Positions 40,909 to 54,318 of a stretch of DNA of 64,000 nucleotides are shown here, one piece after another. Made by a program: the position numbers and the translations under genes. The stretch covers positions 239,816,001 through 239,880,000 of the forward strand of contig OZ024743.1 in NCBI GenBank assembly GCA_964016885.1. The letters are read 5' to 3'. The notes under the pieces are model-generated. The model ran no database searches. It was given only the letters and a program-made list of their open reading frames with translations, and had not been told where the DNA came from. The DNA is from Eledone cirrhosa (taxonomy: Eukaryota). How positions within the stretch are numbered: the stretch's first letter is position 1; every line of letters starts with the position of its first letter.

Positions 40909-41058
40909 CTAGCAGAATGGCCCGGCGTTGCTCGGGATTTTCTCTAGGGTTCTTATATATTTGATATATATTTATCCTTATCGTGCCTCGTAAAATAAAT
41001 ACGTTTGTTTATATTTTGTTATTGTGTATGCAAAAATATCTGTACACGAATATATAAT

Positions 41059-41094
<36 letters not shown>

Positions 41095-41439
41095 CATAAC
41101 AGTACAGAGAAATACGGTATACCTCGGCCTCGGGTTGATGTCTACATTTTGTTCTCATAAAAAAAATTCGTCGTAGATTACCAGGGTTTTTTTTTACGTG
41201 CGAAGAAAATTAATACTTTATCGCGAAATACATACATACGTTTGTTTATATTTTGTTATTGTGTATGCAAAACTATCTGTACACGAATATATATATTATA
41301 TATAGATATATATATTAAAATAACAGATTAAAGTTTAAGCAAAGAATCGCTGCTTTCACCCTTAACGGGATCTTCTGAAATAAAATAAAAAAATCGATCT
41401 GTGAACGCAGAAGTAAATATTTCGAAAAATGTTACAGAC

Positions 41440-41477
<38 letters not shown>

Positions 41478-41803
41478 GCCACGTCATAATGTCGTAATGC
41501 AGACAGCCAGGCATACAGACAGATATTATAAGGGTGCAACGTTATATCTATGTATGTATCTAAAAAGAGAAACACTAAGAGAGAGAGATAGAGAGAGAGA
41601 AAGAGAGAGAGTGTGTGTGTGTGTCACTAAATCGCCTAATGCGCTCCCTAGGGCATTGAAAATTTGAAACTGTTTTTGCTCAAAACACTCACCATAAGTA
41701 TTACATGTGTAAAGTTTGAAAACAATCGGTTGGGTGGTTCTCAAGTTTTAGTGATTGTACAGACTGACAGACAGACAGACATTCTCTGTTTTAGATATAT
41801 AGA
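40909..41803 (-). mobile_element. Non-autonomous Helitron copy 2 (head-to-tail with copy 1)
   Basis: A|TCTATATATCTAAAACAG, (GTCT)n near the 5' end, identical 3' hairpin + CTAG. Confidence 0.8.
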
Positions 41804-42275
41804 TTATGGCGGGTGGATTGAAAGAACGCCGGAAAGATGTTTAGCAGTATTTGTTCCGGGTCTTTACGTTCTGAGTTCAAATCTCACCGAGGTCAGATTT
41901 GCCTTTCCGTCCGGGCTCAATAAAATAAAGTACTGGTAAAGTACTGTGGTTGATTTAATCGACTTTCCTCTCCGCCAATATTACTGGACTTGTGTCTATG
42001 CTAGAAACACTTATCTAAAGTATCAATCTGCTTGTTAGTACATGTGGTCAACTGTTTCACTTTTAACACATTGACTACGGAACGTCACCGAAAGTTTTTT
42101 GAGATATTTAACTTTAAAAATATATATATATAGAGAGAGAGAGAATTATATGTAGGAGGTGAGTTTTATTGTAGCACAATAAAGCAATGCAAATATCGAA
42201 TAAGTAGCACTCAACAAATTATAGGACTGGAGTATAAATAATATAAAATCAAAAGATGGTTAAAAGAGTTCCATG

Positions 42276-42346
42276 TATTTTATTATGCGCATTTCAAAAA
42301 CAAATATCATCATGGGATGATATTTGCGTTCTCATCAGATAAAATA
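42276..42346 (-). ncRNA. Type-I hammerhead motif (family C, left arm)
   Basis: Exact reverse complement of 42967-43037. Confidence 0.85.
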
Positions 42347-42966
42347 AGGAGACATGATATGAAGCTTAAAAAAAGCTTGCGAGCAGTGAAGTGTCAAATC
42401 AACATATGAAAAATAAAATTAGAGGGACATATGAGATTGGAAAAAAGGAAAAGAAGGGGGAAAGAAAAGGTAAGGAAGAGGAAGAAAAAATATAGATAGA
42501 AAAAAAAAATCTTAATAATAAGGAAAGGATGACGGAGGAGGAGTTTAAGAAGGAAGTATAAGAGAGGAGGAGAAAATGAGTGAGAGAGAGAGAGATAACC
42601 TTTAATACTGAGAAACACTGTCTCACAGAGAAAAATAAAAAGAAAACCGCTGTAAGATAATACATAATTTAAAAAAATTAAGAAATTAAAAGTTAATAAG
42701 GTTTATGAATGGTGATGCTTATGATTAAAGAAAAAGGAATTAAGAATACTATTTATTTAAGGTTTATATATACTCCTCCTCCGTCATCCTTTCCTTATTA
42801 TTTTTTTTTTCTTCTATCTATATTTTTTCTTCCTCTTCCTTACCTTTTCTTTCCCCCTTCCTTTCCTTTTTTCCAATCTCATATATCCCTCTAATTTTAT
42901 TTTTCATATGTTGATTTGACACTTCACTGCTCGCAAGTGTTTTTTAAGCTTCATATCATGTCTCCC

Positions 42967-43037
42967 TATTTTATCTGATGAGAACGCAAATATCATCCCA
43001 TGATGATATTTGTTTTTGAAATGCGCATAATAAAATA
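42967..43037 (+). ncRNA. Type-I hammerhead motif (family C, right arm)
   Basis: TATTTTAT-CTGATGA-gaacGCAAATATCATC ccat GATGATATTTGTtttt-GAAA-TGCGCA-TA-ATAAAATA. Confidence 0.85.
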
Positions 43038-45194
43038 CATGGAACTCTTTTAACCATCTTTTGATTTTATATATAGAATTATATATACTTATAATGAACA
43101 CTCATATTTTCAGATTTTCCTACTGAGTACCACAAACACAAACATGCGCGTACACATAAATAAGCGTAAAACATACATACAAACGTACATATAATACTCT
43201 CTTTCTCTCTCCCTTTCTTTCTCCCTCTCTCTCCCCTATATTCCCCCTCTCTCCCTTTCTTCCTCCCTCTCTCTCTCTCTCAATACACACACACACACTC
43301 GTAATACTACATAAATGCTCATGTAATACACATAAAAACTATCGCACACAATACACATATAAGGTACACACACATGCACATATAACATATATACAGAGGC
43401 ACAGATACAATTTCATTTATCAATATGCGCATGCATGTTTATGTTTTTACATCAAGCGGAAGTATAGGTCGGCACTGTACATGTAGTTTGTATTGTTCTA
43501 CGCATGAGCTGCCGGAAGTCGCTAACCGTGTTAATGCCTTTGTCTTCATGAATCAGCGTGTTTAGAAGTGAAGGCGCATGTCAGGTGAATGTACACGCAT
43601 GTGTGCTTGAGTATATCCGTATCCATGTATTTGACAGTATGAACATACACATATGTGTGTGTGGCCTTTAGTATGTAATTATGTGTGTCAGAACGAGCGT
43701 GTGTATGTGTGATGCCTTTAATCTATATCTGTATGAGAGTGTAAATTAATATAGGCATGCATAAACGTATATGCATGTGTGTGTGTGTACTTGAGTGCAT
43801 GAGTATATATATGTGTTTGACCGTGACCATATGATTGTCTATGTGTGATTATGTGTGTTTGAATGCAGTATGTGTTTTTCTGGAGTGTATGAGTATATGT
43901 GGCCATGAACACTTGATTGTGTGCGCATATGTGTGTGTGGGTGTGTCTGCATGCATGAATGTATACTTGGCTATGTCTGTGCATGTGTATTTGAATGTAT
44001 GAGTATATATGTGGCCAGAAATATATGATTGTCTCTGTGAGTGAATGTGTGTGTGAGAGAATGTGTGTTTGCTATATACGTCGGTCTGTGTGTGACAGCT
44101 AAGGATTAGTTTAATGTTGTTTTCCTTCTCCATCATGTTCGGCGGTGGAGTTGTAATTTATGTTAACAAGCTACCATATTAGTGTAAACCGCCAAACCCA
44201 ACTTATAACAGCCGCTGCGTCTTCTACACAAAAGCAATTCCGACATATTCGCTCGTCCTTCCTGGATTCATTTAGAGCCGACGTGTTATTTCCGCTTCCG
44301 TTTATCGTTAATGACAATTAATATTATTATTGTCATTATTATTATGTTGTTGGCATCATTGTCATTGCCCTGTTTGTTAAAAATCATTAAAATCTTTAAA
44401 GAAATAATAATAATGGTTTCTGATTTAGGTACAAGGCCAGCAATTTGGGGGAAAGTGAAAGTCGATTAAATCGAATGGTACTTTAGTTTATCGATCTCGT
44501 AAGGATGAATGACAAAGCAAATTGTAATCATTACAATGGTCGTTGTTTTCAGTATTATTATTAATATTATACTTAGCTGTTATTGCTATTAATGTTAGGA
44601 TTTGAGCCGTTATTCGCCCTGGTCGATCTTTAAGATCCCAGATCTCATTCGCTTGCCGAGTGGGGTGGACCTCGTCAAATCGGACAAAGGAAACAATGTT
44701 TACATTGGTCTTTCCATTGCTGATACTATCTACCTGTCGCAACACCTAGCAGAAGGAGCAGCATAAAATAAAATGTCATGTTCAAGAACACAATGCATCA
44801 ACCGGTCCGAGAATTCGACTCACAACCTCACGATTGCGAATACAACTGTTTAACTACTAAGCCATGAACCGTTATTTCTATTATCATTTAATGCTATTAT
44901 TGCTGATATTCGTACCACCATTAAGATTGTCATATATATACTGTTATTACTTCTGGTATTTGTACTATAGTTATTGGTGATATTACTAATATTGTTAGTT
45001 GTTCTGAAGTAATTTATGATTTTATTATTATTACTAGCATAGTACCCGCCAAAAATAACGAGTTTGCAGTAAAAGAAAGTTTAATTCTATGGAAAGATTG
45101 AATCCTCAGTCTTCTTTGGCATTCTCTCTTTTGTCATTCAGACCATCACTGTGCTTCATTCAAATTAATTATCTTCCATATTATCTTAAATCAT

Positions 45195-45515
45195 TAGGAA
45201 GGCACTGCGTCGATTGCGACGACGATTGTTGCAGTAGATCCGATCAACGGAACAGCCTGCTTGTGAAATTAACGTGGAAGTGACTGAGATTCCACAGACA
45301 CGTGTACACACAACGTAGTTCGTAGATTCAGCGTGACACAGAATGTGACAAGGCTGACCATTCGAACTACAGGTACAACTCATTTTTGCCAGCTGTGTGG
45401 ACTGGAGCAACGTGAAATAATGTATCTTGCTCAACGACACAACGCACCGCCGGGAATCGAACTAACAACCTTACGATTGTAAACCGAACACCCTAACCAC
45501 AAAACCACGTGCCTT
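45195..45515 (-). mobile_element. SINE family 2
   Basis: Reverse-complement similarity to 17445-17705. Confidence 0.8.
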
Positions 45516-45644
45516 AAACCCTTAACATGTATAGTAAATTAAGATGCCTGCAATTTGGATTTATGCTGTTACTGTTGTTCTTTTCCAAACATAGATACAT
45601 AACTAGATATCTGTAGTTTGACAGTCATAGATAGATAGTTAGAT

Positions 45645-45742
<98 letters not shown>

Positions 45743-45916
45743 AATTAATACAATAACAGAGATAGTTTAAAGCTAATCTCTGACTGGTAACCATCTCACC
45801 CAACAAACATAAGTTATATTTTAATATAAACCCAATTTAAGTGTTTGGGGTGCTAACAATATGTATTATGTGGAAAAGCCAGTTGTATTATTTTATGAGA
45901 TATAATTAAAGTTAAA

Positions 45917-45956
<40 letters not shown>

Positions 45957-46131
45957 GGGGGGAGAGAGAGAGATACACGGACAGATAGATCAATAGAATT
46001 ATTTATGTGTAGGTAGATAAGGAGGCAAATAGTTAAATAGACAGTTAGGTAGATAAATATATGTTTTCATTGTCCGAAGATAGATAGAGATTACTACGGC
46101 TCGAACACTGACCACTGACCATATTGTCAAC

Positions 46132-46188
<57 letters not shown>

Positions 46189-46616
46189 AGATTGCTATTT
46201 CCCAAATTTATCTTGCACTAAGTGGTTATAACTCGACAATTGTGTTTTATCATAAAGCTAATAAATATAAGGTCAGACGCCATGCTTTGCAGCATAGAGT
46301 TACGCCCCTTTACGGTCTGAGTTCAAATGCCGCCGAAGTTAAATTTGCCTTCATCCTTACGGAGTCGATAAAAGCACCAGTAATGCACTGGGGTAATTGC
46401 TGACCTTATGCCAAAAGTAGAAACAATTATTAGTTAGACGATTTGCAAAACATAGAAACGAATATTTAGCAGAAAGGAGGGAATACAGCTTCCGGTCAAA
46501 TAGAGACAAGGCTGCATTTTCTATATCGATGATTTGGGCATGCGTAAAGATATGTGATTTACTATGCGGGTACATTCATCTATATATCTATCTACGTGCG
46601 TTACTATTTGTGTGTA

Positions 46617-46714
<98 letters not shown>

Positions 46715-46996
46715 AGAGAGAGACAGACAGTGGTGGTTTGTGTATGTGTTTGCGTGTGCTATAACAACCAATCAATGGACTGGCTGTGGTTTATATGACA
46801 CGTGATATCATTCATTGAGAGGAAGCCCACGCTGTGTTTATTCCTGCCTCATTAATTAACCCTTTCATGATATCACATCTGTGCATATTGAAATTCAGTA
46901 CCTTACTGTTTCAAGGATCTGCAACACGGACCAATATGTGTATACGTACACCCACGCACCACTTGAATGCGATTAAACATTAACAATATACATATA

Positions 46997-47064
<68 letters not shown>

Positions 47065-47297
47065 CAAACATACACATATATATATATATATATATGCGAG
47101 AAAAACCACAAACCCTCCATCTCAATTCTACTTTTGAAAAGCACAAGAACTGTAAAGGAACCAAATAAATATATATATTTTTTTAAAAAGACTCCAGTTG
47201 CATTTTCGATTTCATCTTTTTTTCGTATACTTTCACTCGTGTAGGACATCTCGTTTTTTTTTCATTTTGTATAAAAAAACTCACTTTCTAATATATA

Positions 47298-47389
<92 letters not shown>

Positions 47390-47396
<7 letters not shown>

Positions 47397-47653
47397 ATAC
47401 TTTGGGAGGGTCATGTTGCCAATAAGAAACACACGCACCAGTTGCTTTCACTTCAATTTATTATAATAAATTTATAATAAATTTATAATTTATAAATTTC
47501 TGGTTGGTTGGTTGGTTCCACAACCAGATAGTTGTTTATATATTGTCATAGTTCTTTCGTCACACACTCTGCGACCTCTTCAATAAATTGAAGTGAAAGC
47601 AGCTGGTGCGTGTGTTTCTTATTGGCAACATGACCCTCCCAAAGTATAACAAT
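47390..47653. repeat. Fold-back element next to (TA)n
   Basis: Arms of ~73 bp, tattgttatactttgggagggtcatgttgcc...; related end at 52444-52510. Confidence 0.8.
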
Positions 47654-47699
47654 ATCGGTTTCAACACACGATTTCAGATAAAGAATCTTGCTAAACAAA

Positions 47700-47769
<70 letters not shown>

Positions 47770-48000
47770 TAAATCTACCAATCAATGGTAGGGTCTAAAC
47801 CGTATGAAGAACTCAATGTAATCCGTATGTAGAAGATGTCGTGAAGCAAAGTTTAAAATACAAAATTTTCAACGATATAATTCAAATGGATACAGAGTCA
47901 AAACAGAAATATTAAAACAATGAAATTAAACACAAAACTGTTAATTCATAGTTTTACTATGAATTAACAGTTTTGTGTTTAATTTCATTGTTTTAATATT

Positions 48001-48034
<34 letters not shown>

Positions 48035-48035
<1 letters not shown>

Positions 48036-48273
48036 GGTGTCCGCCTTAACAAGTTTTGCTCGATGACCAAAAGAGCTAAGATAATCAAAATAATTAAAAT
48101 AAGTCAATAATCAGAACTATTTTTCAAATTACAAAACACGAGGTATATTTTGTCTATATTATTTCCTCATATTTTGTAATTTGATAAATAACTCTGATTA
48201 TTGAGTTATTTTAATTAATTTGATTATTTTAGCTCTTTTGGTCATCGAGCAAAACTTGTTAAGGCGGACACCA
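48035..48273. repeat. Fold-back element next to (TA)n
   Basis: tggtgtccgccttaacaagttttgctcgatgaccaaaagagctaa / its reverse complement. Confidence 0.8.
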
Positions 48274-48326
48274 TCACATAAATATACATATATACATATG
48301 AATATGTGTGTGTATTTCATTATTAT

Positions 48327-48630
48327 GGATTGGCAAATCCCGCCGAGGTTGACTTTGCCTTTCATCCTTACGGGGTCGATAAAATAAAGTACCAGTAATG
48401 CACTGGATAATTGCTGGCCTTGTGCCTAAAGTAGAAACAATTATTATGGATTGGCAGTATCAGTAGAGGGTCGGACGCCATGCTTTGTAGCAAAGAGTTA
48501 CAGCCCTTTATGGTCTGAGTTCAAATCCCGCCGAGGTTAACTTTGCCTTTCATCCTTACGGGGTCGATAAAATAAAGTACCAGTAATACACTGGGATAAT
48601 TGCTGGCCTTGTGCCAAAAGTAGAAATAAT
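48327..48630 (+). mobile_element. Two tandem SINE family 1 copies (also 56064-56252)
   Basis: Consensus similarity; joined by attattat. Confidence 0.85.
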
Positions 48631-49117
48631 TATGATATTGTCCGAAACTCCCCTATGGTTGAGTTAACCCAGGAGTGTATTAACTGCTTTTTCTAGCAAA
48701 TAAGTTATTCGCTCACTGTCTACCTTATTACCCGTCTGTGACCACTGTTACATGGGTTAATTTCGCCCTCCGCCTCCCCAGATATTCTCATTGGTTACGA
48801 AAGAAACAGTCCTTTTTTGTACCACTGTATCACGTGTTAATTTCTCCCTCGGCCTCTAGAGATGTTCTTACTTGCTACGAACGCATCAAAGAAACAGTCC
48901 TTTTGTTCTGAAGGGTCTCTTGATAAGCCGTATCAGCCTCACAGCGATAAACATTTCTATAGTGCAGAAACGTAGCACGCGGATCGGGAAACTGCAGTTG
49001 GGGTTTTGAAGAAAAAAGAGATATATTTTTGCCTATTCTTTCCTCATATTTTGTAATTTGATATATATATATATATACATTCATAAATATATATATAATA
49101 CATTCATAAATACAATA

Positions 49118-49209
<92 letters not shown>

Positions 49210-49228
49210 GGCTGTATATACATATCTC

Positions 49229-49830
49229 AGGTCACCAGTTGGTGCTACTGGTAACATGTATCCTAGTACAACCTGGCTCATGGTCGGGTCGTTGGCGACT
49301 AAACTGGCAACCCCACCAAGGTTTCTTGGTGTGGAGGGTGACTTTGGACATCCTGCAGGACTAAAAACAAAACCTGTCAAAGAGCAAAGGAGCTCTTAAG
49401 AGTCAATGGCCATCCAAAATCACCGGGAGAGATGACCCCTTAGCCTTTGTCAAGGCAGAATTCTAGGAGAAGGAAAACTTTGATATAACACCTGCAACCC
49501 TGATGGTATCCGATGATGTTGACTTGTTCTTCTTTTTGGTAAATATCATCTTGGTTAAGAGAGTGGGACTGGCTTTGTGCAGTGTCTTTGCTCACTATAA
49601 AAGCTTCACGGCACAGGCATTGCTTTATATCTGGAGATCTCTCTGTACTTGTCGTCACATGGTGCCATGGCCCAGCACTAGGTGTCAATAATTGTCACAG
49701 GTGTAGTGTTTGTACCAGAGTTTTCAAGTCGGTGGCTGGACTAAAAAGTCACACTTGTTTAGCGCATCGGTAGGGGTTCTCCTACATGGATATAAAGTAG
49801 TGGCCGTACTCGAAAACGAGTTGGCAGCCA
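49229..49830 (+). mobile_element. Putative internally deleted RTE-type element (head shared with 58273-58505)
   Basis: Shared head gtgctactggtaaca..agtacaacctg..atggtcgggtcg..gactaaac; 3' zinc-finger-like CSVCTRVFKSVAGLKSH. Confidence 0.5.
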
Positions 49831-49920
49831 CTATGTATGTATGTTATCTCTTTCTCTTAATTTCGAGTATATTTTTTTGACCGGCCACCTTCCTGGTAGC
49901 AAGGTAGTAAAAGAAAAGTA

Positions 49921-50640
49921 ATTGTCATTCCTTGAATCGCAAGAATGTTTTGCAAATTTTGAAGGTGTCAGCTATCGCACCATTTGTAGACTATGAATTA
50001 GGGAGCTGCGCTCTTTGTCCGCAAATCCAAGTTCAGTCATACTTTGGTCCAAGCGAGTTGGTATATAACCCGTAGCTCCAATAATGATGGGTATGAAGCT
50101 AAAGGTGTATCTTGGATACTGGATTTGTAAACTCCTCATAAATGGTCCGTATGTGTCCTCCTTCTCCTGTATTTTTCTGACAACCTTTACATCAAGTGGG
50201 CAGCTGATCTCCACAACAGAACACGTTTTCAATGTGTGGTCCCAAACAACAATATCAGGCCGGTTGTGCTTTAATTTGGTGGCAGTTTTTATTTTCAGGT
50301 TCCACCAGTATTCCTTAGTGCCATCTGTCTCAATATATTCTTCCTCGTTTGTTGTTAATTTTGTTTTCCGAAGTGCGTTCCAGATGGTTCTAGCTATCCC
50401 ATCGTGGTTCATGGGAGGTAGTAGCGAGATGACATTCTTTCGCAGCTGGCAACAATGTGGCTTACATCCTCGATCTTTGTTTTACATAGCCTACATTTAT
50501 TGTCAGCTGATGGCCCTCCCCTTTTGTGCAGCAGATATTTGGTAGGGAGTTCTTGTTCCTGTATTGCATAGAGATATCCCTCAAGGTGTGATGTCATAAA
50601 CTTGTCGGAACTCCATGCCAGGCTTTTTGAGTGGTTTATC
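49921..50640 (-). mobile_element. Third RLE-type LINE fragment
   Basis: EGYLYAIQEQELPTK..CRLCKTKIEDVSHIVASC..HD..WWN..HNRPDIVVWD..EISCP..KEDTY; frameshifted. Confidence 0.85.
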
Positions 50641-50792
50641 CCCTCTATGGTCTGTGTTTTACGTCTGTATGTATGTATGTATGTAAGTATGTATGTATGT
50701 ATGTATGTATGTATGTATGTATGTATGTATGTATGTATGTATGTATGAACGTATGTATGTATATATCCATTTATATATATATATATGTATAT

Positions 50793-51850
50793 GTTGTAAA
50801 ATCAAGACCAACCAAAGTCAGTAGTGCCGTTCCGCAAGGCACTGTATTGGGCCCACTTCTTTTCATCATCTATATTAATGACATTACTGACATCAACATG
50901 AGAACCTTTGCAGATGATTCCAACCTCCAGAAGGTCATCAATGAAGTAGGTGACCGGACATGCCTTCAATCAGACTTACTGGCTTTTATCCAATGGGCGG
51001 AAAAGAACAGTATGCTGCTGAACGAGGATAAATTCGAGTTAATCCACTTTGGAAAAGAGGATGCCCTGAAACTTCCATGCTCCATTCCTTCGTGTGAAAA
51101 TGTCGTGGCATCCAACTACATCAGAGACTTGGGAGTAATTGAGGACAACATAAGCTGGGCCACTCATATAAACATCAAAGTTGACATAGTCTGCAGAATG
51201 TGTCCCTGGATTCTCAGAACCTTCCAGTCAAGAGATATCTACACTGTTATCCTTCTCTTCTACCATTAATACTGTTGTCCGCTCTGGTCTACACACACGG
51301 AATAAATTATCATGAAAATTGAAGCTCCTAAAAGGTTAATCACGAAAAAGATATATGGCATGTCTGTCTTTGATTGGGGTCGACTAGAAAATCTCCAACT
51401 TTATTCTCTCCAACTTTATTCTCTCCAACTTTATTCTCTTGAGCGCTACATCATCTGTATGATGTGGAAAATATTCCATCAGCATTGGCATCACCTTTCA
51501 GGCACACCCAAAGCTTGGACCCCGTGTAAGCCACCCACAACAAAAATCACACTGGCATCTCATAACAACAACACGGCACAATAATTTCACCTCAATTTGC
51601 CCCGCTCTCTTTAACATTACACCAAAACACATTAAAACAGAAACAGACCCCATTAAGTTCAAGAAGTATTTCGACAAATTTCTTCAAGAAATCCCGCATA
51701 AACCTCCTACACCCGGATATGTCTCCGGAAACAACAGCTCTTTAATTGAGTGGGCCATGGTGTCCAAATCCTGATGTGAAAGACTTCGTCATGTGGTGCT
51801 ATTAAGTTAGACAAGGCCTGAGCCAATAATGGCCGAAACCTATTAAAGTA
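50793..51850 (+). mobile_element. CR1/L2-group LINE 3' fragment (isolated 3' end also at 25158-25218)
   Basis: SAVPQGTVLGPLLFIIYIND, FADD, LNEDK, RDLGV, SWATHI. Confidence 0.85.
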
Positions 51851-51858
51851 ATGAAAGT

Positions 51859-51889
<31 letters not shown>

Positions 51890-52000
51890 CCATATATATA
51901 TATATATATGTGTGTGTGTGTTACTGTGGGCCCCTGCAATGCTACCATGGGCCCCCTAGGGCCTACTTGCCATTTGGCAACCTGGCAACCTGGCCAGTCC

Positions 52001-52104
<104 letters not shown>

Positions 52105-52555
52105 TGGCGGACTGGCCAGGTTGCCCATTGGTATGTGGGCCCCAGGAGGCACACAGTATCATTGCAAGGCCCACTGTGGTATTTTATGGGCCAATGCTTA
52201 GCTTTCAAAAAATACCTGAAGTCTAAGAGAAAGATTAAATTTTGTTTTAAATAAATAAAACAATTAAGCAAAGCATTTTGTCAACCAATTCCCCAGGGAA
52301 TTAATAGAAACAAAAGTATATGATAGTGCTAGTAGCTGGAATCAGTGGTTGTATACTCTACTAAATGTAAAGCTTTGTCTATTCATTCATGCATGCAAAG
52401 ATACATATATAGACACACAGACACAAGCATATATATATATATTTATTGTTATATTTGGGGAGGGTCATATTGTTATAATATGCCAGAAATAATAATAGAA
52501 CACACTCACTGTTTGGTTAGAAAACAGTGTCTTTCATTAGCCTTTCAGTTTTACA

Positions 52556-52685
52556 TAAGCTAGTGCCATGACGGCGATGAATTTGTTTTGCAAGGTTCTT
52601 GATATGAAATCGTATATATATATATATACGATTTCATATCAAAAACCTTGCAAAACAAATTCATCGCCGTCATGGCATTAGCTTA
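52556..52685. repeat. Palindrome centred on (TA)n
   Basis: Arms of ~57 bp around tatatata. Confidence 0.85.
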
Positions 52686-52701
52686 TTACATATATATATA
52701 T

Positions 52702-53275
52702 ATCATCATCATCATCATCAGGTCGAGCTTGCTCGGCTTTCTACGACACGTTTCCTCCATCCATCTCTGTCTCTCATAGCGTTTACCAGTTCTTCCGCAG
52801 TGCATCCAGTATCGTCCTCAAGTTGCTTGATGTATGTCTTCTTGGGACGACCAGCGTTTCTTGCTCCATGAGATGGACTCCATAACAACACATCACCTGC
52901 TATTTCTTCCTTGCTGCGCCAACAGTGGCCAGCAAATCTGAGTCTCTGTCCACGTATTGACCTGCTGATAGGTGGGTATATTGCCATAGAAATCCTTATT
53001 TGTTGGGTGTTCCCTCCAAGACATGTTTAAAGCAGCACAGAGCGTGTGTATGCTCCGTCTAGCTTTTTCTCCAGTTTTGACGTTAGCGTCCAAGTAATAG
53101 GGCCATAAACAAGCACAGATTCCACACCAGCTCTGAAGAAATTCCTTTTCAGTTTGGCCGGCAGGTTTGATTTCCATATCTTTTCCATTGCATTCAATGC
53201 TACCTAGGCTTTTCCCAGTCTGATGTTAACATCATGTTCTGTGGAGGCGATATAGCTACCCAGGTATTTGAAGTA
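52702..53275 (-). mobile_element. RTE-X/RTE LINE 3' fragment with (GAT)n tail
   Basis: FKYLGSYI..., LRFAGHCWRSKEE..LLWSPSHG..GRPKKTY. Confidence 0.8.
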
Positions 53276-53286
53276 TATATATATAT

Positions 53287-53975
53287 ATACTTACACGTAC
53301 ACGTTTAGTATCAATGGGTTAAAGACATCTATCAAATCAAATGTTTAAAGTAGGTTTATAAGTATGAATTTTCAGTAAGTTTTCGTAGATGTCTGAGTGG
53401 ACTAGCAGTATATACGAGAGACGGTAGGGTAACAGGTCTTGAGTTCAATCCTGGTTGCCAGGTAGAAGTAATCTTTTTCAGTTTTTATTTTTCATCCCTT
53501 AGAAAAAAAAACGAAAAGATTTTCCAGGAACCCTGCTCCCGACCAGGATCGAACTTCAGACTGTGCTTAAACTTTAATCTGTTATTTATATATATATATA
53601 TATATACTTACACATGCACGTTTGGTATCAATGGGTTAAAGACATCGGTCAAATCAAATTTTTAAAGTAGGTTTATAAGTATGAATTTTCAGTAGATTTT
53701 CGTAGATGTCTCAGCGGACTAGTGGTAGGTATCCGATACGGTGGAGATCCTTGTCTTGAGTTCAATCTTAGTTGAGAGGTACAAGTAATCTTTTTCAGTT
53801 TTTATTTTTCATCTTATAGATTAAAAAACTGAAAAGTTTTACAGGGTACCCTGCCCCCGACCAGAATCGAACTTCAGACCAGGATCACCATCGTCTATGA
53901 TTCCTCCAACTAGGCCGTCGAGACAGCTACAAAAGTATAAGGAAAATTAATAATTATAAACCTACTTTCAAAATC
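53287..53975. mobile_element. Two tandem copies of an element containing convergent tRNA-like units
   Basis: Copies at 53287-53587 and 53604-53975; A/B-box-like motifs on both strands; outer inverted repeat aaagtaggtttataa / ttataaacctacttt. Confidence 0.6.
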
Positions 53976-54131
53976 AAAATTAAAAAGATGTACTGTCGTT
54001 TATGGCTTACCTAGAGCTATTAATCATATTTAGGGTCGACTTGTGAATCTTCTGACTCTTTGGTAACAACTAAACTATTCCTATGTGTGTTTAACTGTTG
54101 AATTAATTTAATTTGATTATTTTAACAAACA

Positions 54132-54184
<53 letters not shown>

Positions 54185-54196
54185 ATCAATTAGATC

Positions 54197-54318
<122 letters not shown>

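Larger units (their letters stand above)
42241..43072. mobile_element. ~830-bp fold-back (family C) with ~310-bp arms
   Basis: 42241-42548 is the inverted copy of 42769-43072. Confidence 0.85.

Noticed and set aside
49255-49312. HDV-like ribozyme in the RTE-like head (gactaa-actgg; also ~58305)
   Set aside because: Could not identify a P1 partner or canonical L3 by eye.
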